From Somniosus microcephalus (Eukaryota): a DNA stretch of 64,000 bases. Positions within the stretch are counted from its first letter, which is position 1. Each line of letters starts with the position of its first letter. Below the pieces are notes generated by a model. That model did no database searches and was not told the origin of the DNA. It saw only the letters and a program-made list of their open reading frames with translations. This document shows positions 12,377-24,529 of this stretch, piece after piece. Location of the stretch: contig CM126204.1 in the NCBI GenBank assembly GCA_052327205.1, positions 161,014,001 to 161,078,000 of the forward strand, given 5' to 3'. A program made the position numbers and the translations under genes.

Positions 12377-13065
12377 GGCCTAGAAATTCAGTGGGCCTTG
12401 CGCCCACTTAGCGCCTAAAGAGGTCTTTTGCGCCGGCGGGGTGGTAGCGCGGAAATTGAGTGCAGCGGTATTGGCGGCGGTAGCCGTTAGCGCTGCGCCG
12501 GGACCGATGACGTCATCGGTGTGCGCGGTGGCCCGTAACGCCCCGAAACCGCGCCGATCCCCATATTTATTTGCGCCCGCCTCCTCCGAAGCGGGCGCAA
12601 ACAGCGAACAGAAAACGGGGCCGTCCTGCTGCCATAGTGGGGCGCTTTAAAGCTGAAGGTGCGGCCGGCCGTTTTTTCGGCAGCCGCCTGCCCGCACCTC
12701 CTTCCCCGGCCTCCTCCACCCCCCCCCCATCCCCGGCATTGCCGGCTGGTTTCCGTGGAGCCCGGCACTTCTCCGTTGTGCCGGGCTCTTTTGCCGGCAC
12801 TCGCGATCGGGGCTCTGGCCGTTGCAGGCACCTCCCCCTTAAGAGAAGGAGGAGGCCTGCAGTACCGCATCGGGTGGCGCTGCGGCAACTAGCGCGCCGA
12901 TATTCAGTTGCAGCGCCCCAAACGGAGGCGGGCACACCCTGGTATAGCGCCCGCTTCCGAATTGGGGCGCAGAAGACGAATATACGGCGTGCGCTAATGC
13001 CTCCCCGCCCAGCGCTAACTTTTGGGCGCGAGCGAGCTGCCCGCGCCCAAGTGAATTTCTAGGCC
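12377..13065. mobile_element. PIF/Harbinger-like MITE, GC-rich
   Basis: Perfect 14-bp TIR GGCCTAGAAATTCA; flanked by TTT on both sides (3-bp TSD). Confidence 0.85.
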
Positions 13066-13433
13066 TTTGAGTTTTGTATAAGTTTGGAGTCAAGACCTAA
13101 CTTTTTGAGCGAGTAACTGGGTAACCTCAATGATCCCATTCCTCCAGCACTGTAACCCCCATCTTAGGAGTTACGGAACAAAGGCAGGTAAATGGAGTTA
13201 AGATGCAGATCAGCCATGATCTAATTGAATGGCGGAATAGGTTCGAGGGCTGAATGGCGTCCCCCAGTTCCTATGTTCCTCCTCCAACCCTCTCTCACTT
13301 GGAGCACGCAGGGGAGGAAGGGGGTGGGGCAGTGGGGGGTGGTGAATTCACCCAATTATTTTCTGTCGGTGAGGCGGGTTGTTTTCATGTTAGTTACTCT
13401 GCCCCCCTCCGTGGGATTGACTTTGGTCCCCAG

Positions 13434-13696
13434 ATCGAGACAACCACTGTCGTGGTGGACCAGCTGCAGGATCGGCTCCCTGACAGCTCTGTTGAAAAGG
13501 CGAGGAAGGCCGAGCTGCTCGAGCTCCTGGAGTACCACGACGCCTTTGCACAGGAAGTGGAACGGGAGCAGTCCACTCTGACTGTGCTCCGACAACAAGC
13601 GCTGAACATGCTCCGAGATGTGGCCATGCCTTCTACCTCCGTCGAGGACCTGCCTGTAATGCATGAGATCAAAGCCATGCAGGACAGATATGACAA
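13434..13696 (+). CDS. SYNE1: Nesprin-1 exon D
   Basis: CCCCAG acceptor, AA|GTAAGT donor. DQLQDRLPDSSVEKARKAELLELLEYHD...MHEIKAMQDR. Confidence 0.93.
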
Positions 13697-14793
13697 GTAA
13701 GTGGATCGGATGAGAGACTAGTATTTACACTTTAGAAAAGGAGCATCTCCCTCCCTTGAGTAGGTGCGGTAAATGAATGATTTACCAGTGGGTAGCATTG
13801 ACCATTGCTGTAAAGTTCTTCCTAAATAAGGTAAGCAAGGGGGAAGTTTATTGTCCAGGTGACTTTACAAGATAATTACAGATGAGGAAGGCCATTTGGC
13901 CCATCTAGGTTCATCTGTCCAGAAAGATCCAACATTCCCTTCATTGAGTGTTCAATTGATTCCAGGGCTTTTACCTCCACTACTCCACCCGGCAGTCCAT
14001 TCCATGTGTTGTGTGGAGAAGAATTGCTCTGTATCAGTCCAAAATTTGCCTTTGACTACTTTAAACCTGTGACTCCTTGTCCTACTCTCACAATTTAATA
14101 TAAAGTAATTTCCAGATTTTCTTTTTCCACTCCATTTACAATCTTGCTGACCTCTGTGACCTTGAACTTTCGATGCAACTTATATTTCAGTGTGCAGCTT
14201 AGATCAGTGGAGTTCGAGCCACCATCCTGTGCAGCCGTGTGAACAGTCCAGGTGTAGACCTGTTACACATTGTGAACACACATCTACCATCCTGTGTTGC
14301 AGTGAGGGACAAGTGCAAGAATTCACTGTTCACAGTCGGTGCCCCTTACCTGAGTCATGCTCTGTGACTGCCACTTGCTCCCAGCCATGAGCGTTTAACA
14401 CCAACCCTTATACTCCAGACACGAAGCCCCACTTCTCCCAGTTGATCAGTATTTATTCACCAATAGGTACTTCACCAGGCTAGGGTCTAATTCGTAGATA
14501 GATGGGGATTTTTATAAATGAATAAAGACAAGCAAGCCACAGCATATTGACGCAGTGTGATATCTAGTGCAACGCCTCTCTATCATTACAGAAATATCAA
14601 ATCAGCATACATCGGAAACTAGCTCTATAATGTTTCCAACAGCACGACTCATTTTGCCGTTCCCTCTTGATTTTCTCCCCGCTCCTCCAGGTGATCTCAA
14701 GCTGGGATATATTTCCATGACTGCCATCATAGAAATTACAGCCAAGTAGGTGGTCACTTGATCCATTGTGCCAGTGCTAGATCTTAAACTAAT

Positions 14794-15400
14794 GGGGGGA
14801 AAAATTCAGTATCGCCCATTTTGGGGCGTTAATATTGGCTAGTCGCAAAGTTTAGCGCCCGGTGCTAATTATCATCTCCGACTGTCACTCCTGGAGGTGA
14901 TTTGAGCATTAAATCAGGCGCTACTCACCTCTCTTAAGGCGCAAAAGTCAGGGAGCGAGGCGCTACCTCAGAACGCTACCAAAGCTCAGGCCAATTACCA
15001 TAGAAGCCAGACAGACTGGCACCATCCAGTTCTTAAAGGGAAGGGGCCATCTTGCTGGCCAGCCACTCCCTGCTCATTGCAGCCTTTATACTCGGCCTGG
15101 AGAGATCTCAAAAGCAATTGTGTTGGAAGCACTAATGGATAGGCCCAGGGAAAGAGCTCGGCGCTTAGGAATCTCAAAAGTGATGCTGAGGGCCAAAACT
15201 CCTTAGGACAGCGTTAAAACCAAAAATTTTGCCGACAAGAAAAGGCAGGAAGCGCCCGCCTTTAAATAGCGCTCCCCCAGCCCCTTCCCAACTTGAAAAC
15301 GTTCCTCTCTCCCTGTCGTTCCTAGTGGGGACCATCACACCTGACCTGATCTGGCATGCCTGCAAGATCCCGCAAATAGCGAGTGAGATACTCTGTTTTA
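14794..15400. mobile_element. Partial copy related to the MITE at 18627
   Basis: GGGGGAAAAATTCAG start and shared interior motifs (TAAATCA.GC.CTA, TTAAAG.GAAGGG). Confidence 0.5.
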
Positions 15401-15662
15401 ATGGTGTTGCTCGAGGGCTAAATGTTGGGCCAAGTCCAAGCCTCTGCTGTTTCATTCAATGGACAGACTTACCAAAGAATGGTTAAACATTTCTTGCTGA
15501 TATTTACACTCTCGTAATCATATTTGAACTCATCAAATTTTAAAAAATGAAATCCATTTTTCCTTACGGGAGGATTTTGTTCCATGGGCTGGGTTTCCTT
15601 GTTGGGTTACGTAAGATGTGGTTGAGGTGAATATTGAGCAAAGTCTCTGTTTTCAATTAAAG

Positions 15663-15828
15663 CGTTCGGCAGAAGATAAGGAAGAGCAAGAAAATGGTCC
15701 AACAGGAGCTGAAAGAGCGGGAGGAGGTGGAGAGCGAATTAAATGCCATCAAACAGTGGCTCCAAGAGACAAGAGAGTATCTGCTAAACCCAACCTCCAA
15801 TGCTGTTGCAGAGCTCCGGGAGTTGAAG
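15663..15828 (+). CDS. SYNE1: Nesprin-1 exon E
   Basis: TTAAAG acceptor in the phase left by exon D, AAG|GTAAGG donor. QQELKEREEVESELNAIKQWLQETREYLLNP. Confidence 0.9.
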
Positions 15829-15859
15829 GTAAGGGACAGCCACCAGTTAATAGAAAAGA

Positions 15860-16280
15860 AAGAAAGACTTGCATTAATACAGCATTTTTCACCACCTCAA
15901 TGCATCTCAAAGCACTTTACAGCCAATTAAGCACTTTTGAAGTGGAGTCACTGTTGTAATGTAGGAGACGCGGTAGCCAATTTGCGCACAGCGAGCTCCC
16001 ACAAACAGCAATGTGATAATAACCAGATAATCTGTTTTAGTGATGTTGGTTGAGGGATTGATATTGGCTAGGACACTCCCTTGCTCTTCTTCCAAATAGT
16101 GCCACAGGATCTTTTGCGTCCATCTGAGAGGGTAGACGGGGCCTCGGTTTAACGTCTCATCCGACAGTGCAACACTCCCTCAGCACTTCACTGGAGTGTC
16201 AGCCCAGATTTTGTGCTCAAGTCTCTGGAGTGGGGCTTGAACCCACAACCTTCTGACTCAGAGGAGAGAGTGCTAACAGG
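15860..16280 (-). mobile_element. Deu-domain SINE, near full length
   Basis: Reverse complement of the same head and core, plus an L2-like tail. Confidence 0.8.
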
Positions 16281-16546
16281 TGCTATCCGTGGCAGCTGAA
16301 CAGACACTGGGGCAGAATTTCATTGTTATCACTTGGGCATTAAACACCGACTGGACAGAGCGCAGAACGGAAAGTCTGCCAGGGAGACTCACATATCCCC
16401 CCTGTAGAACCTGCCTGATTTTACTTCCGTTAATTTCTGGAGGGTTCTGTTAGCAGCCTGCGATCCTCCCGGCTGAAGTTTGCGTCCTGCGTTCTGTCCA
16501 GGTGATACTTGACGCCTAGGTGGCAAACAGCAATAACTTGCATTTA

Positions 16547-16778
16547 AAATAAAAACAGAAAATGCTGGAAATACTTAGCAGGTCAGGCAGCATCTGTGGA
16601 GAGAGAGAAACAGAGTTAACGTTTCAGGTCGATGACCCTTCGTCAGAGGAAAGGTCATCGACTTGAAACGTTAACTCAGTTTCTCTCTTCACAGATGCTG
16701 CCTGACCTGCTGAGTATTTCCAGCATTTTCTGTTTTTATTTCAGATTTCCAGCATCCGCAGTATTTTGCTTTTGTAAA
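16547..16778. mobile_element. Penelope-derived palindromic element
   Basis: Near-perfect ~95-bp inverted arms; 12-bp flanking direct repeat AACTTGCATTTA (16535-46, 16779-90). Confidence 0.85.
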
Positions 16779-17205
16779 AACTTGCATTTATATAGCGCCT
16801 TTAACGTAGTAAAACAACCTAAGGCGCTTCACAGGAACATTATCGGACAAAATTTCACACCGAGCCCCTTAAGGAGATATTAGGACTGGTGATCAAAAGC
16901 TTGGTCAAAGAGGTACATTTTAAGGAGCGTCTTAAAGGAAGAGAGAGAGGCGGAGAGACGGAGAGGTTTAGGGAGAGGATTCCAGAACTTAGGCCCTCAG
17001 CACTTGAAGGCACGGCCGCCAATGGTTGGGCGATGGAAATTGGGGATGCGCAAGAGGCCAGAATTGGAAGAGCGCAGAGATCTCGGAGGATTGTAGGGCT
17101 GGAGGAGGTTACCGAGACAGGGAGGGGCGAGTCCATCGTGGAATTTGAAAACAAGGATGAGAATTTTAAAACTGAGGCATTGGTGGACTGGGAGCCAATG
17201 CAGTA
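16779..17205 (-). mobile_element. L2 LINE 3' fragment
   Basis: Same sequence family as 45710-46155, which encodes an L2 RT C-terminus. Confidence 0.8.
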
Positions 17206-17485
17206 AAAATGAAATTTTACCCTACTGGATTTTCACTGGGGCACCCTGGAAGATTTTAATTGTACAAAGTGAGTCTTAGAATTGTAGAATCATAGAAATT
17301 TACTGCACAGAAGGAGGCCATTCGGCCCACCGTGTCTGTGCCGGCTCGTGGTCATGTAATGTTGTAGCATTTACCCACCAGCAAAGATAATTTTTAATTT
17401 CTACAAGTCATTTCCTCCATTTGTTTTTTTAATCAAAGGAATTGGGAAGTCTTTCTCTCGCTGTAATGTAATCTCTTGTGTTTAG

Positions 17486-17641
17486 GAACTGCACACCGAG
17501 GTAGCTGCTCGACACCAGATGGTGGAACGACTGGGAGGTCAACAGCGCGATAAGTACCTGGAGCTTTACACCATTCTGCCCTCTGAGCTCTCCGAGCAAT
17601 TGGCTGAGGTCACACTGGCCCTTGGAGCCATTGAAGAACAG
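17486..17641 (+). CDS. SYNE1: Nesprin-1 exon F
   Basis: TTTAG acceptor, CAG|GTAAAG donor. KYLELYTILPSELSEQLAEVTL. Confidence 0.93.
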
Positions 17642-17689
17642 GTAAAGTTGGCGTTCAGTCCTTCAGCGATGTACTTTTCTCAGGCAGTC

Positions 17690-18085
17690 CATCCACCACC
17701 TTAAACATCCACTCCCTCCACCACCGGCACACCGTGGCTGCAGTGTGTACCGTATACAGGAGGCGCTGCAGCAACTCACCAAGACTTCTTCGACAGCACC
17801 TCCCAAACCAGCAGCCTCCACCCTTTAGGAGGACAAAGGCAGCAGGTGCATGGGAACACTATCACCTCCAAGTTCCCCTCCAAGCCACACACCATCCAAC
17901 ATATATCGGCATTCCTTCATTGTCGCTGGGTCAAAATCCTGAAACTCCCGACCTAGCAGCATTATGGAAGCACCTTCACCACACAGCCTACAGTGGCTCA
18001 AGGAGAAGACCCACCACCATCTTCTCGAAGGCAACTAGGGATAGGCAATAAGTGCCAACTTTTCCAGCGATGCCCACATCCCAAG
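17690..18085 (+). mobile_element. Non-LTR retrotransposon 3' end (CR1/L2 group); further copies at ~18265-18355 and ~48085-48450
   Basis: HSLHHRHTVAAVCT...CSNSPRLLRQHLPN and a repeated GGGCAATAAATGCCGGCCTTGCCAGCGAC tail. Confidence 0.7.
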
Positions 18086-18626
18086 AAATAATTTCAAAAA
18101 GTGATTCACTGCCTCTTACGCTCTTTGTAAAGATATTAAATAGCTTGGAGTCTTTGACATTAGTTATAAGTGTAACATTTAAACATTCATGGTCCTGCAC
18201 TGTAGGAAGTACTAATGCTGCCTCTTCAGCAGTAATTGGGAAGCTTTAGGAAATGGCAGTGATTCACACTGCCCACCACCACCTTTTGAAGAGCAACCAA
18301 GGATGGGCAATAAATGCCGGCCTTGCCAGCGACACCCATATCCCAAGAACGATTTTTTTTAAAAAGGCAACTGGCTTCTAATATATTAAAAACACTTCAG
18401 CCATTACCTTTTATTCTGATTTAAAACAGACTTTTTTTTAATTTAATTGAAATAAGCAGTTATTCTGTATTTTATTTTTCCATGGTTGATTTCCACTTCC
18501 TCTCCCCGGCTAGTGCAGGTCTCACACATCTGGGTTGATCACCAGAGTTGAGTGATAGGTGAGGGCTAGTTTCTCTCCATTCTCCCAGATGACCTGGCCA
18601 GGGCTTGCAAGCTCACGCAGCTGTAA

Positions 18627-19394
18627 GGGCTAGAAATTCCATATCGCTCTGCTTGGAGCACTAAATTTTCAAAAGTTGAAAAAGTAGCTCTAGACGCTAA
18701 TCCTTCTCTCCTACTGGGGCCTTCAGCTTTAGGGCTCCAAGAGGGAAGTGGAGCACTAAATCAAGCACTACCACTTCTCTTGGGGCGCTAAAGTGTGTGA
18801 GAGGGAAGATAGCGGCAGAACGTTGGCGAAAGTTCAGTGCATGTTGCCGGCATCAGAGGCTCCTTCCCTCGCTTAAAGAGAAGGGTCAATGATAGGATGC
18901 ATGATTCTTCCTCGTATTTCTGTGGGGCCACAGGGCTTGCGCGACTTGCATTGCAGCCCCAAGCACTCTAAGAGAGTGGAGGGCTGTGTAATCGCGCATC
19001 AATCAGACGTGAAAAACATTCAGCAGGCACCAGACTGGTGCAAAGAATAAAGTTTGCCCTACTTGATCACCACTGCCGTTAAATATCACTTCCCAAGCAG
19101 CCAGCCGAAGTGACAACACCTCCTGTTGCTGCCATTATTGACGCCCAACGATACAGCAGGGGGCGGGAGCGAATATCACATCAGGGAGGGTAATGGGGCG
19201 CTGCGCACCTGATGATGTCACGATCTACGGGGCGCAACAGAGCGAGGCGTTAAGTGTTAACGCCAGTGCAAAACTGCCAGGGAAGTTCGCGTGCTTCGGT
19301 GAATTTGCCGCGCCCAGTTGGTAACCCTTTAGTGCCCCGTTAACGCCCCCCGCAGGCGTTAACGGGAGGTGCTAAGCAGCTGAATTCCTAGACC
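18627..19394. mobile_element. Older Harbinger-like MITE
   Basis: GGGCTAGAAATTC ... GAATTCCTAGACC termini; TAA and TAT flanks. Confidence 0.7.
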
Positions 19395-19814
19395 TATGTG
19401 TCAAGTCAAGACAGGGTTTTGATCTCGAGTCTCCTGCTCGACAGTTCAGTGCTCCAGCCTACATCTTTAGGGGACACCGTAAAGTTTGTCCCAAGCTTGC
19501 CTGTCACTTAGACTCGAGTGTCTTGCACCCACTTCTTGATTGACCCATTAGGGATCATTCTTCCTGGAAGAAGCAAGGCTTTCCAACTGGGTCAAATTGG
19601 TATAATCTTGACTCAGTTTTCCCCCCTGGAGAGAGGTCTGTAGTGCTATGACTTTCTTACTGTTTTGGCTGGATGTAAACTCAAGGCAGTAAGCTGTCTA
19701 TTAGAGCAGGGAATCGATCATAATTTCACTGAAACTTGAGGCGCGCAAAGTGGGTGACGGAGTGGGGATAAAGGATATCATTGGAGCAGAGCAAAAGGGG
19801 GCTTGTTTGATACC

Positions 19815-20600
19815 AGTACACAATGCATTTTGGTAGGAAGAATGAGGAGAGGTGGTATAAACTAAATGGTACAATTTTAAAGTGAGAAACAGAGAGACCT
19901 GGAGGTTCACATAGACAAACCTTTGAAGGTGGCAGGACAAGTTGATAAGACTCTTTAAAAAGTATATGGGAACCTGGGCTTTATAAATAGAGGCACAAAG
20001 TACAAAAGCAAGGAAGTCATGCTAAACCTTTATAAATTCTTGGTTGGGCCTCAGCAGGGGATTGTGTCCAGTTCTGGGCATCACACTTTAGGAAGGAAGT
20101 CAAGGCCTTGGAGAGGGTGCTGAGGAAATTTACTATAATGGTACCAGGGATGAGGGACTTCAGTTACGTGGAGAGACTGGAGAAGCTGGGGTTGTGCTCC
20201 TTAGAGCAGAGAAGGGTAAGGGGAGATTTAATAGAGTTGTTCAAAATTATGGAGGGTTTTGACAGAGTAAATAAGGAGAAACTGTTTTCACTGACAGGTG
20301 AGTTGTTCACTTGGGGTCGCAGATTTAAGATAATTGGCAAAAGAGCCAGAGGGGAAATGAGGGGGAATTTTTTTACGCTGTGGGTTGTTATGATCTGGAA
20401 TGTACTGCCTGAAAGGGTGGTGGAAGCAGATTCAATAGTAACTTTTGAAAGGGAATTGGATAAATACTTGAAAAGGAATATTTTACAGAGCTATGGGGTA
20501 AGAGCAGGAGAGTGGGATTAATTGAATCACGCTTTCAAAGAGCCGACACAGGCACAATGGGCCGAATGGCCTCCTTTTGTGCTGTAAGATTCTATGATGC
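19815..20600 (+). mobile_element. CR1 LINE 3' fragment
   Basis: SYVERLEKLGLCSLEQRRVRGDLIE...NFFTLWVVMIWNVLP plus tail. Confidence 0.9.
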
Positions 20601-20830
20601 TGAGAGGCAAAGCAAACCTGGGAAAATAGTCATTTTGTGAAACATGTTTCTGTCATTTTCTCTCTGCACAAAATGGAGCCTCTCCTCTTCCCCACCCCCC
20701 ACCCCTCACAACCACTCTCCCCAGAATAAAACTGAGATAACTTTCAGTTGTAAAAGGGAGGGCTAGTTTAGACTTTGTTGACTATGAGCTGTGACTCTCA
20801 GTTGTTACGTTCAATGCTCTCACTGTTTAG

Positions 20831-20983
20831 GTGAACATGAAAGAAGGAGAAGCTCAGCAAATGCAGGCGGTGACCCTGGACTTTAACTGCAGGATGCAGG
20901 AGATCTCTGATGGACTGACTGACATTTCCAGAAAACTGAAAGAGAAAGGAACCGATATCGTACAAGCCAAGGTTGAGCAGAAG
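20831..20983 (+). CDS. SYNE1: Nesprin-1 exon G
   Basis: TTTAG acceptor, AAG|GTGAGG donor. 153 nt in phase 0; KLKEKGTDIVQAKVEQK. Confidence 0.88.
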
Positions 20984-21224
20984 GTGAGGAAGACAAACAA
21001 TGGCCAGTTTTATTGCATTCAATGTTGGAGACACAAAAAGCAAATTTTGGTGTCTTTAGTTCACAGCATGTTACAATGAAGTGTATATGTATTATACATC
21101 TGTATACACGGGGAGGTTTGATGAATGTTCTCTAAGTCACAGAGCCTGTGTTATCTTGCTAGCTCACCTCTAACACAAGGAGACTTTACTATCGTTTTAC
21201 AGCAGAATGGGATAAGAGCAAGAA

Positions 21225-22357
21225 GGAAAGAACTTTAGTTTATACAGCACCTTATCACATATCCAAAAACATCTCAAAGTGTTTTTAAAAAAGTGAGTTA
21301 CTCGAAGTGTAGTCACTGTTGCTGGGTACACAAACGCTCCAGCACAGCGAGGTCCCACAAACTGTCGTCAGACAGATGAGGAATTAAACTATTTTGCTTG
21401 GTGGTGTTGGTTGAGGGAGGATTGTTGGCCTGTATTCTGTTCTTCAAATAGGGGCCACGGGATCTTCAGTGCTCACGAGTCAACTCAACAGGCGAATAGG
21501 ACCGAAGTTTAACGTCTCATCCAAAAGACAGCGGCCTAGAAATTCGGTGGGCTGCGCCACCAGTTAGCGCCTAAAGAGGGCACTCAGTGGCTTTAGCGCC
21601 ACTGGCCACGCCTCCTGCGATATTTAGCTGGGGCGCTAATGGCGGCGTTAGCCTGTTGTGCTGCGCCGCCACCGATGACGTCATCGGTGTGCGTAGCGCC
21701 CCGCTACCGCCCCGATCTCGATATTCAGTAGCGCCCGCCTCTGTAGCGCCGTTCACAAATCGCGCCCGGTTCACGGGGCCTACCTGTGGTGGCAGTGGCG
21801 CAAATTAAGGTGGAGGTGTGGGGCGGCCGTTTTTTTCGGCGGCCGCATGCCAGCACCTCTGTCCCCGGCCTCCTGAGCTCCCCCCGCGGCAGTGCCGACT
21901 GTTTTCCAAGAGCCCGGCACTTCTCCTTGGTGCCGGGCTCTTTTGCCGGCACTCGCGATCTCTGATCGCGCTGGTGCAGGCCCCTCCCCCTTAAGAATGG
22001 GAGGAAGGCCTGCAGTACCGCAGCGTGCCGTGCCGCAGCGTGTGACACTGCGGCACGTTGCGCTGCGATATTCAGTTACAGCGCCCTAAGAGGGATGCGG
22101 AGCGCCTCGATCCTCGCCCCGTGTCCCTCTTGGGGCGTTCAAGCTGAATTTCCGTCGGTCGCAACTGCTCCGATCGCTGTGCTAATTCCGGCGCCCAGGC
22201 GAGCTTGGCGCCCCGTTTGCGGCTCCACCGAATTTCTCCCCCAGCATCTCTGACAGTGCAGCACTCCCTCAGTTCTGCACTCGGGAGTGTCAGCCTGGAT
22301 TATGTGTTCAAGTCTCAGGAGTGGGACTTGAACCCACGGCCTTCTGACTCAGAGACT
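21225..22357 (-). mobile_element. Deu-domain SINE split by a MITE
   Basis: SINE sequence at ~21225-21532 and 22243-22357. Confidence 0.75.
21533..22242. mobile_element. Harbinger-like MITE (same family as 12377) inserted in a SINE
   Basis: GGCCTAGAAATTCGGTGG ... CCACCGAATTTCTCCCCC termini, 3-bp TSD AGC, interior similar to 12377-13065; the SINE resumes on both sides. Confidence 0.85.
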
Positions 22358-23179
22358 AGACTCTTTCATGTTTTCAGTTTTCTAAAATATTTATTTTACA
22401 GATGGTCTCGCTTGCATTTTTCCCTTTTCTAAAAGTACAGTTGACCTTTGGGAAGCTTCAGCATTCTGTAGAACATTGTTCTATTGAGGGACCTTAATTT
22501 TGAGTTCCTAAGAAGGAGGTGAATTATCAGAAGATCACAAGATAATTCCGATGGGACAGGCTATTCGGCCCATTGCAGCTGATTAATCCAGAAAGACCAG
22601 AAAGTCCCTTCAGTGCAGCATTCAATTGGTTCTTAAATGACTCCAGGGTTTTTTCTTTCACTACTTTATGTTGAGTCTGAAACCCCACAACCTGTTATCA
22701 GGAGGAAGTATTTCAGGATGTGCAATGAAGAAAATGCAACAGTTCTCTAAAGGAGCAGCTGTTTGTTCTCTCATTTATTTCAGAATCACCTTTGGGATCT
22801 TGACCTTTTCACATCCACAATAATAAAGGGGCAAGTTAAAACTCACCACTTAGCTCACTACTCCCTGCTCAGTCATTGTCCTCTCTCCCCTTTCAACACC
22901 ACTCCCTCTTGGTGCCATTTCCTGTTCAATCATGGTCCTCGCTTTCCTCTCAACACCACTCCTCTTGGTGCTACTCCTTGCTCAGTCACCGACTCTAGTT
23001 TGTTTCGTTCGCAACTCTGACCCCACTCTTGACTAATTGATGGTACTGCTCCTCAGAAGTTACTGCTTCCTGATCCTTGCCACATGCAACTTTCTGTGCT
23101 TACGTCTAATTTATGTCTGTTAATTGAGGGGCTAACTGGTTGAAAACCTACCCTAGTTCTTCATAGTGATGGTAAAGAA

Positions 23180-23530
23180 GAAGAAGGAACTTGCATTAGT
23201 ACGGCACCTTTCACGACCTCAGGACATCCCAAAGCGCTTCACAGCCATTGAAGTACTTTTCAAATGCTGTCACTGTTGTGATCTAGGAAATGCAGCAGCC
23301 AATTTGCACACAGCAAGATCCCACAAAGAGCAATGTGATAATGACCAGATAATCTGTTTGTAAGTGACATTAGTTGAGGGATAAATGTGGGCCAGTATAG
23401 CAGGGAGAACTCCCCTGGTCTTCTTCAAAATAGTGGGATCTTTTACGTCCACCTGAGAGGGCAGCACTCGCACAGTACTGCACTGAAGTGTCTGCCCAGA
23501 TTTTGTGCTCAGGTCTCTGGATTGGGACTT
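23180..23530 (-). mobile_element. Deu-domain SINE
   Basis: Same family as 15860-16280. Confidence 0.8.
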
Positions 23531-23759
23531 TGAACCCACAACCTTCTGACTCAGAGGTGAGAGTGCTACCAACTGAGCTATGGCTGACACCAAGACCAGC
23601 ACTGATATTAGAAGAGGCCTGTGAATAGGTTTGCTGTGCACACCCTAAGTTCAGTAATGGGGGCCTGGGGGACTTGCATTACATGGAGAAACAGTGGGGC
23701 AGAACAATAAGTTGAACATGGGTTTATTGTGAGGGGATTTGATGACCTTGTATTTGCAG

Positions 23760-23942
23760 AGACTTTGGGACAAGCTCGACAGCTGTAACGTGAAGCTTGT
23801 GGAACTGGATGCGACGATGCAGGATTTCACAGAGCAGAACCCTCAACAGAGCAAATATCTGACAGACGACATGACGAAGCTGTCCAGTCTCTATCAACAG
23901 GTCTTCAGGCAGACTGAGTACAGAGCCACCAAACTCAACAAG
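23760..23942 (+). CDS. SYNE1: Nesprin-1 exon H
   Basis: TTGCAG acceptor, AAG|GTAAGC donor. LDSCNVKLVELDATMQDFTEQN. Confidence 0.9.
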
Positions 23943-24054
23943 GTAAGCAGTGTCACCTGTGCACGCAGTTCAACATTAGTCCTCTTATCGTTATCACAGT
24001 GAATTCTGTCGTTTCAAAACATTATCCCAGTCCATTTCTGTTTCTTTCCCCTGC

Positions 24055-24512
24055 AATGGGGCTAAAAGGGTTAGATTATGAGGACAGGTTGCAGATACTT
24101 GGTTTGTATTCCCTTGAATATAGAAGATTAAGGGGTGAGCTAATTGTGGTGTTTAAGATGATTAAAGGAGCTGAAAGGGTAGATAGAGAGAAACTATTTC
24201 CTCTGGTGGGGGAATCCAGAACAACAGGGCATAACCTTAAAATTAGAGCTAGGCCTTTCAGGGGTGATGTCAGGAAGCACTTCTTCACACAAAGGGTGGT
24301 GGAAATCAGAACCTCTCTTCCTCAAAAAGCTGGTGAGGCTGGGGATCAACTGAAAATGTCAAAACTGAGATTTGTAGATTTTTGTTAGGTAAGATTAATA
24401 AGGGATATGGGACCAAGACGGGGAAATGGAGTTAAGATACAGATCAGCCATGATCTAATTGAATGGCAGAACAGGCTCGAGCGGCTGAATGGCGACTCCT
24501 GTTCCTATGATC
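24055..24512 (+). mobile_element. CR1 LINE 3' fragment
   Basis: YEDRLQILGLYSLEYRRLRGELI...HFFTQRVV. Confidence 0.9.
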
Positions 24513-24529
24513 TCCATTCCTCAAGATCC

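Noticed and set aside
12441-13093. Overlapping Arg/Pro/Ala-rich ORFs
   Set aside because: GC-rich MITE interior with no recognisable domain.
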